NCBI GenBank assembly: GCA_000320545.1
Contig: ADNK01000702.1
Location: forward strand, 1-34,776
DNA length: 34,776 bases
Origin: Bigelowiella natans CCMP2755
Taxonomy: Eukaryota; Protista; Cercozoa
Reading direction: 5' to 3'
The notes below the pieces were generated by a model. That model was not told the DNA's origin. It worked only from the letters and a program-made list of their open reading frames with translations, and did not search any database. The first letter of the stretch is position 1, and each line of letters opens with the position of its first letter. Positions 11,100 through 24,543 of the stretch are shown here, piece after piece. Position numbers and translations under genes: made by a program.

Positions 11100-12070
11100 A
11101 TGAATGCAGCGAAGAGAATGGGAAAGGATACCATCGCAGAGTGGTTTTTGCGGCAGCTACATTGCATGGAATGTTCCGCATTGCACACTGAAGTGACATG
11201 TAGTTGACAATTGTTGCCCGACCCCTGAATTTCGTGAACAACAGCATTGCACGACATGCCACTGCATGCATGCAACATTGCACACACGTGCGTGTGTGTG
11301 CACCTGTGCGTGTGGTGAGTAGAGCTGGGCACAAATAGTTGAAAACAAATATATTTGCAAACATATTTGAACGCTAACAAACAATGTTTGTTCAAATCAA
11401 ATACTTGTTTCAAGCGCTCGCGCAAGCACTTGAACAAATCAGACAATGGTTATATATAACATCATGATACGTATCCTGGGCGTCGTTGGCAAGCATAATC
11501 TGTGCGCTATCCGCCAGGATGACTAGGTCACTCTCTTTATAGGCTTCGTGAGATGGAATCATGAAGTCAGCAAAGCTGGCCAAACCCTCTACGGATATAA
11601 TGATAAAATCGCAGGCGAGTGAGTAGCAGACAGATGGCAGATGACATTGCTGTGTCTATGTTATCCAGAACTAGAGAAGAGTTGTGCATGCCGCTCGGCA
11701 TCAACCAGCACCCATATACATGTAGACTCACCGCATATTGACACATGCACGCATGTATATCAAAATTTTAACAATCACACTATCGATCGCGGCACCAGCA
11801 CCGCATCGATTCTCATACGTTTCCACATTGAAGTATAATATGATGCATTCATGATTCCTATTGATGATACATGAACTAAAAAACCTGTTTCTCGGATAAA
11901 TATCTAAATCTGATGTGAGGGGTGTGCAGTATGTAACACGGGATTCGTTGCCAGCGAAACAATAAGTGCTCGCTCCAAACAACAAGTCCTTGCTCGAGCG
12001 CGCTGATTATGATCATACCGCGGCAGCTTCCGAGAATCGATTATTACTATATTATTCTGGCTACTTGGAT

Positions 12071-13408
12071 CTATCCCGACTCGGCAAACTCCTTCAGTTT
12101 TGCTTCCTGTTCCTTCATGATAAACTTCTCCACAATGGGCTCCAGGTTCCCTAAGAACCATCAATCAGAGAAAAACACATGTCAGCATGTTGATGACCAA
12201 CTCCTCTACGTCATCTTCGGAGATACGCTCGGCTGCTCATTATATACACGTTGCTATTCACTCGTCTTCGTTTTGCTCTTATGTCCCCTGACCGCTTAGG
12301 AATTGAGAGAGTGGAAAGTTTGCTCCGAGCCGATGATCGGTACAGCGGCTATCCTTCCAGTTGTACGTTCGGATCTTCTCGGAGCGCGCGGCGGAGCCGA
12401 TTTGCGCAGCTCGATTTCCTATGATACACGGCCGGCAATACGTTTCAACAAGCAACAGGGGGGGACACACAATTCTAGAAAACAATCGTTTTCTCTTTCA
12501 GGCTACGCTCTCGTTTGGCGCCGTAACACAGGCAACATCTAGCATACTTGGAATTCTACGTTCATCAAAATCATCACCAAAGAAACTACATGAATCATCT
12601 ACAAAATCTGGTTCAAAGATGCCGTCGCTGCCCCTGCCTCTGGTTAGACTACTGTTGTGGCCACCTGCAACTTCGCTCATTTGCTTCTCCAGCTCGATTT
12701 CGTACAGCTTATTGCGCAGAATCTGAAACGCAAGCTCTTTGTTCTTCAGCTGGCTTCGCTCCTATGAAAAGACGTATGTTCATACACACACTCTCCAATC
12801 CCCAAAACAAGGGCAGATGCTTATGCGCATGTAGTACACATTCTTCGGCGTTCGCCACTTCTCCACAACACCTGCTGGCAGAAGATTCTAATCCCTGTTG
12901 GTATGTGAATGAGGTCGATGGCGGTCTCCACTTTGTTGACATTCTGCCCCCCCGCACCGCTGGAACGGGCGGTTTGTAGCTTGATCTCCTTGGGGTCGAT
13001 CTTCACGGTGACGTCGTCCACTTGAGGCATGATCGCAACTGTGGCCGTACCTTTCAACATCGGCGACAACAGATAAGAATATACTCAGAGACATCAAGAA
13101 GTTGGGCATTTGAGATTTAGCGCCGAAACTGGAAAATCTCCGCTGGGGAATAATGCATATTTTGGCTTATTTAAGAGTGCAGGATGGGGGGAAATCGAAG
13201 GCTATCGTATCTTTATCTTGATCTCTAGAGATAACCGCATGTTTACTAACTTGTATGGACACGTCCTTGCGATTCAGTAGCAGGAACACGCTGCACTCGA
13301 TGCACCCCAGCTTCAGTTTTCATCTTGCTATACACGCGATCGCCCGTAACCTCCACAATGGCGGTCTTATACCTGAGGAGATTGTGAAACACTTCTTATG
13401 AAAGGCAG

Positions 13409-13454
<46 letters not shown>

Positions 13455-14076
13455 CATATCGTATTTGGCGAGAGGCGGGGGAGTGTTTGATTTCTCTATG
13501 AGGGATACGATATCATTCTGTTTTGCATCAAAGCAACAACCCCCCATGCTCAGCCTCAGAAGACTCCACCACTTTCGTGCTCCAGCCTTGTGACGAGGCG
13601 TACTTTAAGTACACGCCCAAAAGATCACCTGGCAGCGACGACGGTGACAATGGTGATGATGATGATGATGATAATGATAATGGTTATAAGAACATCACAT
13701 CTACCACCTACAAATGCATTCGATATCATCATTTTTTGGATTTTGCGAAAAGAGCCGTTGTGCTAGCATCTACCTGCCCAAATTCCCGATTCATCCCCAC
13801 CCGTTCCTGCCCGGATCTCCAGCATAATATCCTTATCGTCGTTAGGGTCTCGGGGGAGGAGGAGAATTTTAAGCTCCACCTCTATCTCACTGATCTCCTT
13901 TGATATTCGGTCTTGCTCTTCCTTGAGGAACGCCTATTTTGTCGATGTTGTAATTGACTATTATTCTTGCTTGTGCTGCATTGGAAGTGTAATCAGCTGT
14001 GTATGTGTGTAGTCGGATGCGATGTTCCTTTCGGTTAGACATATTTCCCCTGAATCCCACCTTTTACACTCACTCA

Positions 14077-14113
<37 letters not shown>

Positions 14114-15166
14114 ACACTCCCATTCACACCTGCATGTCGGGGTCGGAGGCGCTCTCTGACCACATCTCCTTTGCCTCCGCGATTTCCTCCTTATAGCTTT
14201 TCCACTTGCCGTACGCATCGGCTACCTCTTTAGCGGCTGCATGCTCCTTGGTGAGCTGCCTGTCATTATTGTAAAAGAATATAAGACGGCCTCAGAATGA
14301 TGATATGTTCGGGATAAACGCGAACAGCTATCATAAAGCAGGATGTTGCCCCCAGGAGCGAGGGAGGGTTAGTTCGTCTAACGATACCTCATTTTAGACT
14401 GATCGGAAAGCACATCGGGATCTGCCATCCTCTCAGTAAGCTCGTTATATGTCCTCTCCATAGAATCTAGGCGTTCAAGCACGTTAGCGTCCATATTCAG
14501 CCCAGCCTGCCCTTCCTGCGATGTAGACAACAGCATCATAATATTTTCAACTGATGCATATGCTCTGAGAATCCTCTGGATTGTCGCAGTGAACAAGGTC
14601 ATTGTTTCGTTTGTTGTGTAAATGATATACGAGCGGCTAAATCCGAATCTACGATGGAGGGCGATCCAACTCCCAACATACCCCACACTAACAGGCAGCC
14701 ATTGAAAAAACATTATAGCTATTACCAGGGCCATCTCCGCTCGACAGAGGAGAGTATCTGATATTCGTTGGGCCCTTGAGGAAGAAGGGTTCGTAATTTC
14801 GAGGGGAAGCTCTCGGGGGGCTAAAATCCGAGGCGAAGGTGGAGATTTTCGGCTTGAAAATAAGTCAACACGGCTATTTCTGGGGAGTTGTGTGATGATA
14901 CTCGCTCCCGTCCGATATCCGCTCGAAACGATACTTTGAAGCTTTATGTAGGATGTGAAAAGTAAGTTTAAGCCCATCTTTCAACAAGAACATTAGAATA
15001 GTGTTTCTTTTAAGACCTCTGGAACGGGTCCATATCTGGAAGAAAGAACGCATGTTGTGAGAGCAAGGGCTGCGCTGACACCCATGATAACTGCCGCCAG
15101 TTTAGTGAGAACCGTTTTATGTGTTGATCCCCGCATTAGTCCCATATTGCTACGACGGGTTCCCAT
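12071..15166 (-). CDS. prfA: Peptide chain release factor 1 (bacterial type), nucleus-encoded and plastid-targeted via a bipartite leader
   Basis: Spliced exons give [53 protein letters not shown] (PxT motif of RF1), [21 protein letters not shown] (GGQ), ERSQLKNKE and [19 protein letters not shown], ending [26 protein letters not shown] at 12071. The N-terminus has a hydrophobic signal ([20 protein letters not shown]) followed by an S/R/P-rich transit peptide. The start may be 15145. Confidence 0.95.
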
Positions 15167-16333
15167 TCGCTGAATTTCCACACATCAGCGACCGTCAGAC
15201 TCTCTATCCCGAAAATGCAACTCTAACATGCTTCTCAGTCTCTAGCGCCCTGCTTCTCCAGTATACCGCGGTCAACATCAAATTTCCTCTTAAATAAATC
15301 TAAAATGTACCTGAAAAGCGTTTGGGGTTGTGTACATCCCTCGGTTACTGGTTCGTGGAAAGGGGGGTTCGGGTAGGCCAGAAGCCATTCCCGGTGTTAA
15401 GATGTGTAAAGAATATGTCAGATAGAAATTATTCAAAAACCAATGGGGATTATAAGATACGACAATATCATTATTTCTAATTGGAACCTCCATATAATCG
15501 TATAGTAAACTAAATGTTAAAAACTATATCTGAAATCAATCTCGCCGGTCCGCCACTACCGGGTATTGGAATGAGGATTTTGCATAAAATAAAAAAAAAA
15601 CAAGTCCTTCTTTGAAAGCGTCTGCAAAGATTAGATGTCGCATAAAACATTACTATACATTCGCTCATGCGACGTGTTGAAAGCGTTGTCGTTCTCTAGA
15701 TCAAACAAAGGTTTTTTAACAAGAGAAAAGACCCTATTTAACACCTCCTGCAGCTGTTCGTGCGACAAGTGTAATTATGTACTATCCGACCAAAATGCTA
15801 TGTATTCGGGTGAAGGATGCCGGAAAACCCCCGAGAAGTGTACCCGATAAAACTAGGGCCTAAATATTCTTTGCGACATGAAATGGAAGTAGACGTTGGA
15901 TAACATCGGCATATATTTATTCCATTTTGTGACCTCGGTCAGACGTAAACCTACCTTTTCCAAAGTCCCTCTCAGCTCGCTCCAACGAATTGGCAGAGGA
16001 CGAGGAGGCCTGCACATCAGTCAATATCGAGCGCATCCCCTATATCAACATCTAAAATTAGCTGATACAGATCAAAGGTACTGGCAATCGTGCATGATTT
16101 TGTGAGGAACACAGTGTGCGATGAGATTCAGAGTGCTCGATATAAGCGAAGTACACTTCGAAGTGTATGTTGCATGGCGGCATATCAAAACCGTTTCAGA
16201 AAGGAAAAACGGAGAGATCTGCGATGATTCAATTGTACTTGAATGTGTCATTGCGTGGAATGTGTGCATTACATCCAGCGTACGGTATTGTATGCCGCAT
16301 TAACACAAGGTTGCTATCACAACAGACGCAAGA

Positions 16334-16503
16334 ATGACACGGGTGAAGAAACAGAGAATTTCTCGTGAAGATTTAAATGATGGTAAAGCTTTGGCCGGAC
16401 AGAGTATAAGGGCAGGTAGTCAATTCCTCCTCGTATTTACAGCCGAAAGCGTAAATGTGACACATACACCCAGACACAACGCACAAGTCTATGAGTGCTT
16501 TTG

Positions 16504-16544
<41 letters not shown>

Positions 16545-17152
16545 TTTCATGTATCTACCGCCGCATACATTACCATTGTATTCGTGTGCTTTTGCGTGTC
16601 TGTATATAGTTGGGGATCCTCCAAGTATGCCCGAAAAGTCTAACACGGCGAACCTTAACACGGTCCAACAGCGCCAGCAACCTCAGCCGAGCAGGTTTTA
16701 ACTCTTCCATACCGCTTCTTCGAATGCATGCAATACAATGCTGACATCGTGCTATGTGGGGATGGACACCGATGTTGGTGTGGTTACCATAATTGTGGCT
16801 TCAATACCCGAAGCACCCTTCCGAGGAAAGGAGGCACAGATTGTTGTTTTCTCTTCTGCATTTCGGCGCCAGAAGGAGAACAGCATAGGAATCATGATGA
16901 CTGCTGTTTTCAGCTGTGCTTGAAATTGTTATTTTAATAGTTTCCTCTATCTTCCTCCCCCCCCCCCCCATAAAAAAACTCGATCCCTAAGAATTGGAGG
17001 CAATTACCAAGGCGTTCTCGATGATCCTCCGGCGAGAAGGTCCTTCAAACCCTATCAAGCGATAGATAGCAGCATATAAAGGCCCCTGTATATTCAAGTA
17101 TATATTATGTCGCAGGGGCACGCACTAACATTAACACATACCGAACATATAC

Positions 17153-17196
<44 letters not shown>

Positions 17197-17324
17197 CTCG
17201 TCGTCGCGTACAAGGGACTGAAGCAGAAGGGTTTTCCTCCTCCTCGGGTGAGTTTGATGATGGAAGGCGTCTATGATGGGGGGGGGGGAGAGTGAGTGCG
17301 GATAACGGGATGGTGACGGATATC

Positions 17325-17368
<44 letters not shown>

Positions 17369-18148
17369 CTTGACGCGCCCAGGCGTAGCTGAAACTAAAA
17401 GCCTTTCCACATCCTCACATGCCCTCCCGCCTCTATTAAAACACTCTCTCTGTGCATATTCAACTTATATCGCACTGCAAACATACATCATATCAGCATC
17501 ATGGTATTCTCTGATACGCTCCTCCTCCTCCTCCTCCTCCTCCTCCTCCTTTCCTCCATCCTAACTTGCAATATAAAAGGTCATCACCAGCAGCTCCATA
17601 TGGCAGCCCCCCCTGCGGCTAATCCCGCCGATTACAACGACTATTCCTCCTACCATCAACAGCCCCCGCTCCAGTCGCAAGCGCACCCGTATCCTCCACA
17701 GCAAATGCCCTCGAATTCAAGAGGGTGAATTCGTGTTGTGTGTGCGTTAAAATAGCTATTGCTTTGCTCCTACCTCGGCCCACACGCTATTGTTGTTTCT
17801 CTCTTTCACCTTGAAAAAACGTACGGCTTCTTTCTTCACTGTGGCCATAAACGCGGTGCCTGCTTTACTACTTCTAGGTATTCTGACGAGGAAGAGGAAG
17901 GCTGCTGCGTGTCTTGCATTAAACGTAAGTGAAAGAAGAAGAAGGAGGAGGAGGAGGAGGAGGGGAGGGGAAGGAAATTAGAATAGGAGGCAGGGAGAGG
18001 AGATGATAATTGAGGTATTCACTCAATATTGACACTGCTGTCGTAGAAGACGGTTATTGGAAGCTTTCCTATCAATCTTACTACGATTGTGTGAGTCCCT
18101 CAGTCTCTTCTCTCTCCTTCTTTCTTTCTCCATCATCACTAAATAAGT

Positions 18149-18192
<44 letters not shown>

Positions 18193-18325
18193 GTTCTTTT
18201 GTCCATTTTCCTCCTCCTTCGTTTGTAGAGATGCTGGTGGTGCTGATCCTGACGCTAATCTTAGGTCGTCGTCTTTCAAACCTATGCACGCATTCATTCA
18301 TAAATAGTAGACAAAATGCATCGTT

Positions 18326-18366
<41 letters not shown>

Positions 18367-19171
18367 TTCTTTCCCTCTCTCCTCCATGCGATTGTGTGTT
18401 GTATGTGCGTGTGGGGGGCCAACGATTCTCATTTCATTTCCTTTTCCACATCAGGCGCGGTTGGGTTCTTCTCTTGGAAGTATTTGCGTAACATAGTCAT
18501 CCCTTTGACATGTATTATGATCATTTCATGTGCTATTCGTTTATTTATACTGGCATATATGTGTGTGTGTATGTGTGGTGGGTTCAGCGTGATAAAAGAC
18601 AAGTTTTTCTCGGAAGAAGACCCTTCACCGTACCAATACGATCCTGGCACCGTAAGTATCGCCATCAGCAGCCTGTAGCAGAAGCTCCTATTTCTCTATT
18701 TCCTTTCCCTTCTTTTATGTTAAAGCACACACACATACACACACACAGTGAATATAATGCATATATATATATATATATGTATATATACGTTCTTGTATAT
18801 ATATACGACACGCACAACATACTAGGATGTTTACGGGGACTATGCGCAGCAAGGAGGCAGTAACTTCATGGTCCAGCCTCCCAATATGGGTAAGAGAGAG
18901 AAAGAGAAAGAGAGGGGGGGGGAATTTACAACGATGATGATGATGATAATGATGATGAGGATGAGACCACAAGCTGATCGATGCTTATGCTTTTCCTATC
19001 TCCCTCTGCTTGCTGTGTGCTGCTGTGGTGCCTCCATGGTGTCTCTCCTATTCAACAGCGGGAATTGAATCGAACAACCCACACCCTGGAAAGGTACTCC
19101 GATGAAAAGACGAGGGCTGGAGGGGGGGGGGAGGGAATGATGTGATTGTGCGTTTGTACGATGGATTTCCT

Positions 19172-19236
<65 letters not shown>

Positions 19237-19400
19237 TGCAGAGGCATATAGACATCCGCACACACATCCTCACTAACACGACGCAGGTGCATGAAGTCCA
19301 CAGCGAACAGGAGCTGCATCAAATACTTACCACGCGCACTGCGATGGTATGATCGACGAGTTTCTAACGTATAGATCTGGAGGAATGGCTGTCTTCCTAT

Positions 19401-19434
<34 letters not shown>

Positions 19435-20509
19435 CCCCCCCCTCTCTCTCTAACTAGCCTTCCTTCCCTCCCCCACATACTCAACGGATGTCCCTGTACT
19501 CTGGCTCATAAAATACATGTATAAACATTGTCAGTTGTCGCTGATGTTCTACCAGTCGCATTGCGGATACTGCCACCAAATCGACCCGGTACGTCCTTGT
19601 GCACTCAAAAATGGGAGGGGGGGGGGGAAAGAGAGGGAGGAAGGGATGTATATGCTTTACACTTATCGTGGCACGGAAAATCTGTGGCCTTTTGCGAGCA
19701 AAACCATCGTCTTTTGTCTTGCAACTCGGTTATGTTAGGACGTGATTTATGGGGTTTTTAGCGAATGATATTTTGTGCTGCAATCCATCAAAATCGAGGG
19801 TTTCGAGGATTCATGTATTAGAGGAAGTAGAAATGCAAAAGGCCCATACCTGCTTGCCTGTTTATATAGATGTACATGCCTCTAATCTCTGTACCCTTCT
19901 TTTCGTCGTTTGGCACAGATCTATAAACAGCTCGCAACGATCTTCCCACAGTCCTCATTTCTTAAAGTATGACAAATTAGCAGTCGCTCATGAGTGTGGT
20001 GACGGCGAGTGTGATATGCGGGTGGTTGCTACGGTTGTATCGATGGTGATGCGGTGACGATGATGATGATGACGACGATGATGATGATGACGATGGTGAT
20101 GATGGTGATGATGATGGTGATGATGGTAATGGTGATGGTGATGATGGTGATGATGGTTAATGATTACATATTTTTTGGTATAGGTCAATCTGGATGTAGT
20201 CGATATGGATGGTAAGTTGTCGCACGTCGTTCGTTGATATCCTGCGTGGCGGCTGCTATAGATTCGATGTGCCGACGAGTTAATGTGCGGTTGTGTTCTT
20301 CATTGCAGGCGAGATAGACAGCGTCCCAACGTTCTACTTCTTCTGTGAGGTAATTGCAGTTGCGGTAGTAAGTAGTAGTAGTAGTAGTAGAAGAAGAAGA
20401 AGAAGGAGAAGAAAAAGAAAAAGACAAAGGAGAAGAGGAAGGAGAAGCAGAAGATCGTAGTCGTTTACGTGCTCAGTGGCAAAATCTCTTTGTGACCGGT
20501 TGAATGACG

Positions 20510-20545
<36 letters not shown>

Positions 20546-20740
20546 CATATATTCCCATTCTCACCCCCGGTTGACGTGATTGCCGTCGGTTTGTTTCTGG
20601 ACGTCGTTACATCCACCAGACGAACGCCATCTTAACTCTGCAAGGGCCAGCACCAGAGGAGCTTCAGAAGGCCACAGTCGACGCCATACGTACGATATTT
20701 CCTCGCTTTGCGTTGTTTTTTATCCCCTTTCATAGAATGA
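16334..20740 (+). CDS. Single-pass membrane protein with a C-terminal thioredoxin domain (active site CGYC)
   Basis: About 17 small exons. P/Q-rich N-terminus, then YSDEEEEGCCVSCIK, a TM segment MLVVLILTLILGAVGFFSW, then VHEVHSEQELHQILTTRTAM|LSLMFYQSHCGYCHQIDP (19535-19588)|IYKQLATIFPQSSFLK|VNLDVVDMD|GEIDSVPTFYFFCE|TNAILTLQGPAPEELQKATVDAIQ*. CxxC and the cis-Pro 'VPTF' motif are present. The start and last exon are uncertain. Confidence 0.8.
20040..20157 (+). repeat. Compound trinucleotide microsatellite (GAT/GAC/GGT)n, intronic
   Basis: Direct reading; lies between thioredoxin exons. Confidence 0.9.
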
Positions 20741-20975
20741 AGATCGCAAATGTAATCATACCTCTTCACACACGACGGTCGTAGGCGTTTGTGGACAAAA
20801 CATGGCCGCACGGGCTGTCGCGATGCAGAATATGCCTCCGCCTCCCCAGAGCCGGGACCCGCCCCCCCCCGCGCACAAGTATCAGCAGGTCGTGAGCAGA
20901 ATGGTTTCACTCCTCCTCTGCATGTGTACATATTGCAAAAACAACGTCTTACGTGTTGATTCCTATTGATAGCGA

Positions 20976-21017
<42 letters not shown>

Positions 21018-21475
21018 GGTGCGTCTTCACCTTTCTGCTATCTATAGCTACAGATGATTCTTGACGAGCAGCCTTATGACTCAATACGATCTCCTGGTAG
21101 TAGTAGTAGTTGTAGAAGTAGTAGTAGTAGTTGTAATCGGTAATAGCGGTTGATAATTCGGAAACTTGATTGCTTCTTCTCAGAATCAGACGTTTGTCAT
21201 AACAAGTGCTATTTTCCCCAATCACGTCAGATTCCTATTTCGAAGAGGAGGAAGCTTGAGATATGATAGATCTATGAGCGAGCCATATAGGCTTAATTAT
21301 ACAGAGAACAGTGGCTGGTCAACTTGCCTCACGCTATTTCAAAGTACATCGTGAGTCCGAGCTCCTTCATAATCGATGCTTTGTTGTTGTGTGCCGCATA
21401 GCTTCCAAAAATGTACTTTTAATAATGAAAATTACAAGGAGACATTATAAAAACTGAAGTTGCGTTTCGCGCTGA

Positions 21476-21798
21476 AGGTGGCTTAGATCCTGCAGTATTT
21501 AGTGCGTATCGGTAATCATTCGCTATAGGGACATTAATGTCCATATACGTGTACGTGTAAGGAACACATGTACCCATGCACACCACATGTACCTGATAAG
21601 CACACATGCTCTGTTCATGTCCACACATGCACCAAACAAGTCACTACACATGTACCGAAAATGGCACATGTTAGGCTATGGGTTGGTAGGTGGCTTGGAT
21701 CCTGCAGTACTTAGTGCGTATCGGTAATCATTCGCTGTGGGGACATTGATGTCCATGCACGTGCACGTGCAAGGAACACATGTACCCATGCACACCAC
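21476..21798 (+). repeat. 111-bp direct repeat (21476-21586 and 21688-21798), plus a 19-bp third fragment at 21940-21958
   Basis: Ungapped alignment with 102/111 identity. Confidence 0.95.
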
Positions 21799-22324
21799 TT
21801 GACACAACATCAGCGCTGTGGCCGCTGCATTGCACAGCTACATCAGGATGACCATTGAAAACATTCAATTTGTTCATCACATCCGTCTCATGGGTGCATG
21901 TGAAGTAGGTGATGCACATGTCGTAGACGGCTTACACGTGTAGGGACATTGATATCCACATGTCGCGCACGTGTTCTAGTCTAGTAGTGTTGCTGCCTCA
22001 AACCCCTGCCGCCGCATGCAGCTGGAAACATGAAGTCATCTAGACTATGAGTAAGCAGAACAGCCTTGCTAGCTTGCGCAAATGCATGCAGATGCCGCGC
22101 ATAATGAAGAGACTAGAAAAGCGCGAGCTAGCGAGGACGTAGTCGCAGCTGACATCCATATGTCAACAACTCAGCCAGGTGTACCAGGTGCAGTTGCAAG
22201 CAGCATCGATTGTTAAACTGCCAAGCAAAAGTCTGTTTTCCACACACAGCAGCTTGTACATACATATCCATGCAGTGATGCACGCAAGCACAAATGAGGC
22301 TGCTACTCATAATTGTGGGTACAC

Positions 22325-22729
22325 CTAGAAAAGACGAAATGCACTGGATCCATGCATCTTTTCCAGATTTGTACTATGTATCAATCGCCATCTGAGTCCC
22401 CCTCAGCCCTCATCTCCTCTCTGAAATAAGAACAATTGAGGGAAAACGATTGACGACGGTGTGACGTAAGTGAAATTTGTGCTATAGAACAGCAGCCATT
22501 GGTCATTGTCTCTCCCTCATTCTTAGCATCACATCATCATCATCTCACCTTTGTATCGTTTGCATCTTGAGAATAGCTGGTCGGTAGTTTTGCTGTGCAG
22601 ACTTTAGAATCCACTTCTGCAGGTGTAACAAGCGCAATTCACCGAGTGGATTGGGGGGTGCGGTTGACGAGGTGAAAAGTTGCAAACGCACAAGTACACA
22701 CGGCCATATTCGCACCCTTGTGTGTAGAG

Positions 22730-22824
<95 letters not shown>

Positions 22825-24498
22825 TGGGAAGCTCGCAGCAAGCCCTCCACTTCCCCAAACCATTCACCATATCTTGTCATATAGACTAATATACTACCTT
22901 TCCGCCCTCGGAATTGCGCCGCACGCCAGTTCTGAAGCAGGAGAGCATAAATTGAGCAAAACACACACTCAAATACGATCCTAAATATACACCTCAGTGG
23001 CACATATACATATGCATTAAATGAAGGCACACAGCTTTACCCATCGAGGAGTGCGAATCCATAGTAATATTGGCAGATCTTACTGCCTCTCTCCTGAAAC
23101 CATGGCAAATACACCCACATCAAATACCCACACGATAAAATATTTATGTAATCTCTTCAACACAGCATTAATACCAGTGAGTGATACACATATGCATTGA
23201 CATCTACAAATCACGCACAAAACAGCAACAACAACAGCGGCAATATGTAGCTTACCGCTCCTTCTTCATACCATCGCACAGCCATTTGCGCGTCCTTCTC
23301 CACGCCGTACTCTCCGCGAAAGTATATATCCCCCAGCAACTGCAGCATATGATGAAAGAGGACGGAGAAGCACAGAACGCATCAGAATCAAAATCCAACT
23401 CGGCGATCGATGAGAGTCAATCGAGAGGACCTAGCCTTCACTCTCAAACAATAAAAATCGCAGATGATTCGCATTCGTTCTTTGCTTGCAAGCAGGAGTG
23501 TGCTTGCTGGAGCGATGATAGAACAATTTTCAACTTTTACAAACGCGCGCGCGGGTACAAGCACGTACAATCGTGCTGTCCTCGTGCCCCTGATCAGCGG
23601 CTTTGGTGAGCCATTGAAGCGCGATGGACACGTTCCGACTCGGATCGTTTCGTTTCTGTTTGAAAAGTTCATTTAGTTACCAAGAAGCGCGCACGGATAA
23701 GCGCACTAAATTGTCAATGCGATGCTTAACAATAGAGATTACGAAATTTGGTGTGTTTTTTAGTGAGGAATAAAGCGAAATAAGCCGTATTATCCTCACT
23801 GCACTCAACTACTGCTCACCATGTGCTTTAGCTGCCAGACAGCTGCCATCATCATCGCTTGCTGGTCTCCCTCCTACCAAATAACAAAGAGAACATCCAC
23901 ACACGCATGAGCGCAACATGACCGATTCATTATGAGGGAAGAGTCCACGACCTCCGCCGCCGCGACGAATGCCTCGTAAGCAGCCTTTTTCGTTCCCGTT
24001 TCAGCGAGAATCATCCCCAGCCTGCAAGCCCACGCACGTCAAAAAAGGAAAAGAAGATCTCGGGGGTCGGTACACGTCGCAGGGTGGGGAGGGAGCAATC
24101 GGCCTTCACATGTTGTTACACACAGTGCATGGTAATGGCGCCTTCTGATCGACTCACACCACGCGACAGTCTACACGGTTTTCCTCACAAAAACCCACAA
24201 AGCACATCGCGGTGCTCCCCAAATCATTTCTATGAGCCATATTTTGGTGAGTCAATTCTCACATTAGACTGGCCTTTGGAACCCCTCCATCCGCGGCGAT
24301 TTTCATATAATGCGCAGCTTTCCTATTGCATAGCATTCCACACACGTGTGCAGGTGGGAACATGTCATTATCGCACTCTGCCGATATCACGGGAGACTCG
24401 CATCAATGTGATAGAAACGATACCTTAGATTTCGTGATACTTCGTCGCCATCGCTGTACATGCACGCTGATGATGTGGATTGAACGTCAGTAACTTTT

Positions 24499-24543
<45 letters not shown>

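Noticed and set aside
16610-18246. A +1 reading frame stays open across about six spliced exons of the thioredoxin gene (~140 codons)
   Set aside because: It has no upstream in-frame ATG, and open +1 frames are expected over disordered, Leu/Val/Ile-poor coding sequence.
22325-22374. Alternative frame YKSGKDAWIQCISSFL resembling a PH-domain terminal helix
   Set aside because: It is out of phase with the Sel1 reading frame, and there is no upstream PH strand pattern.
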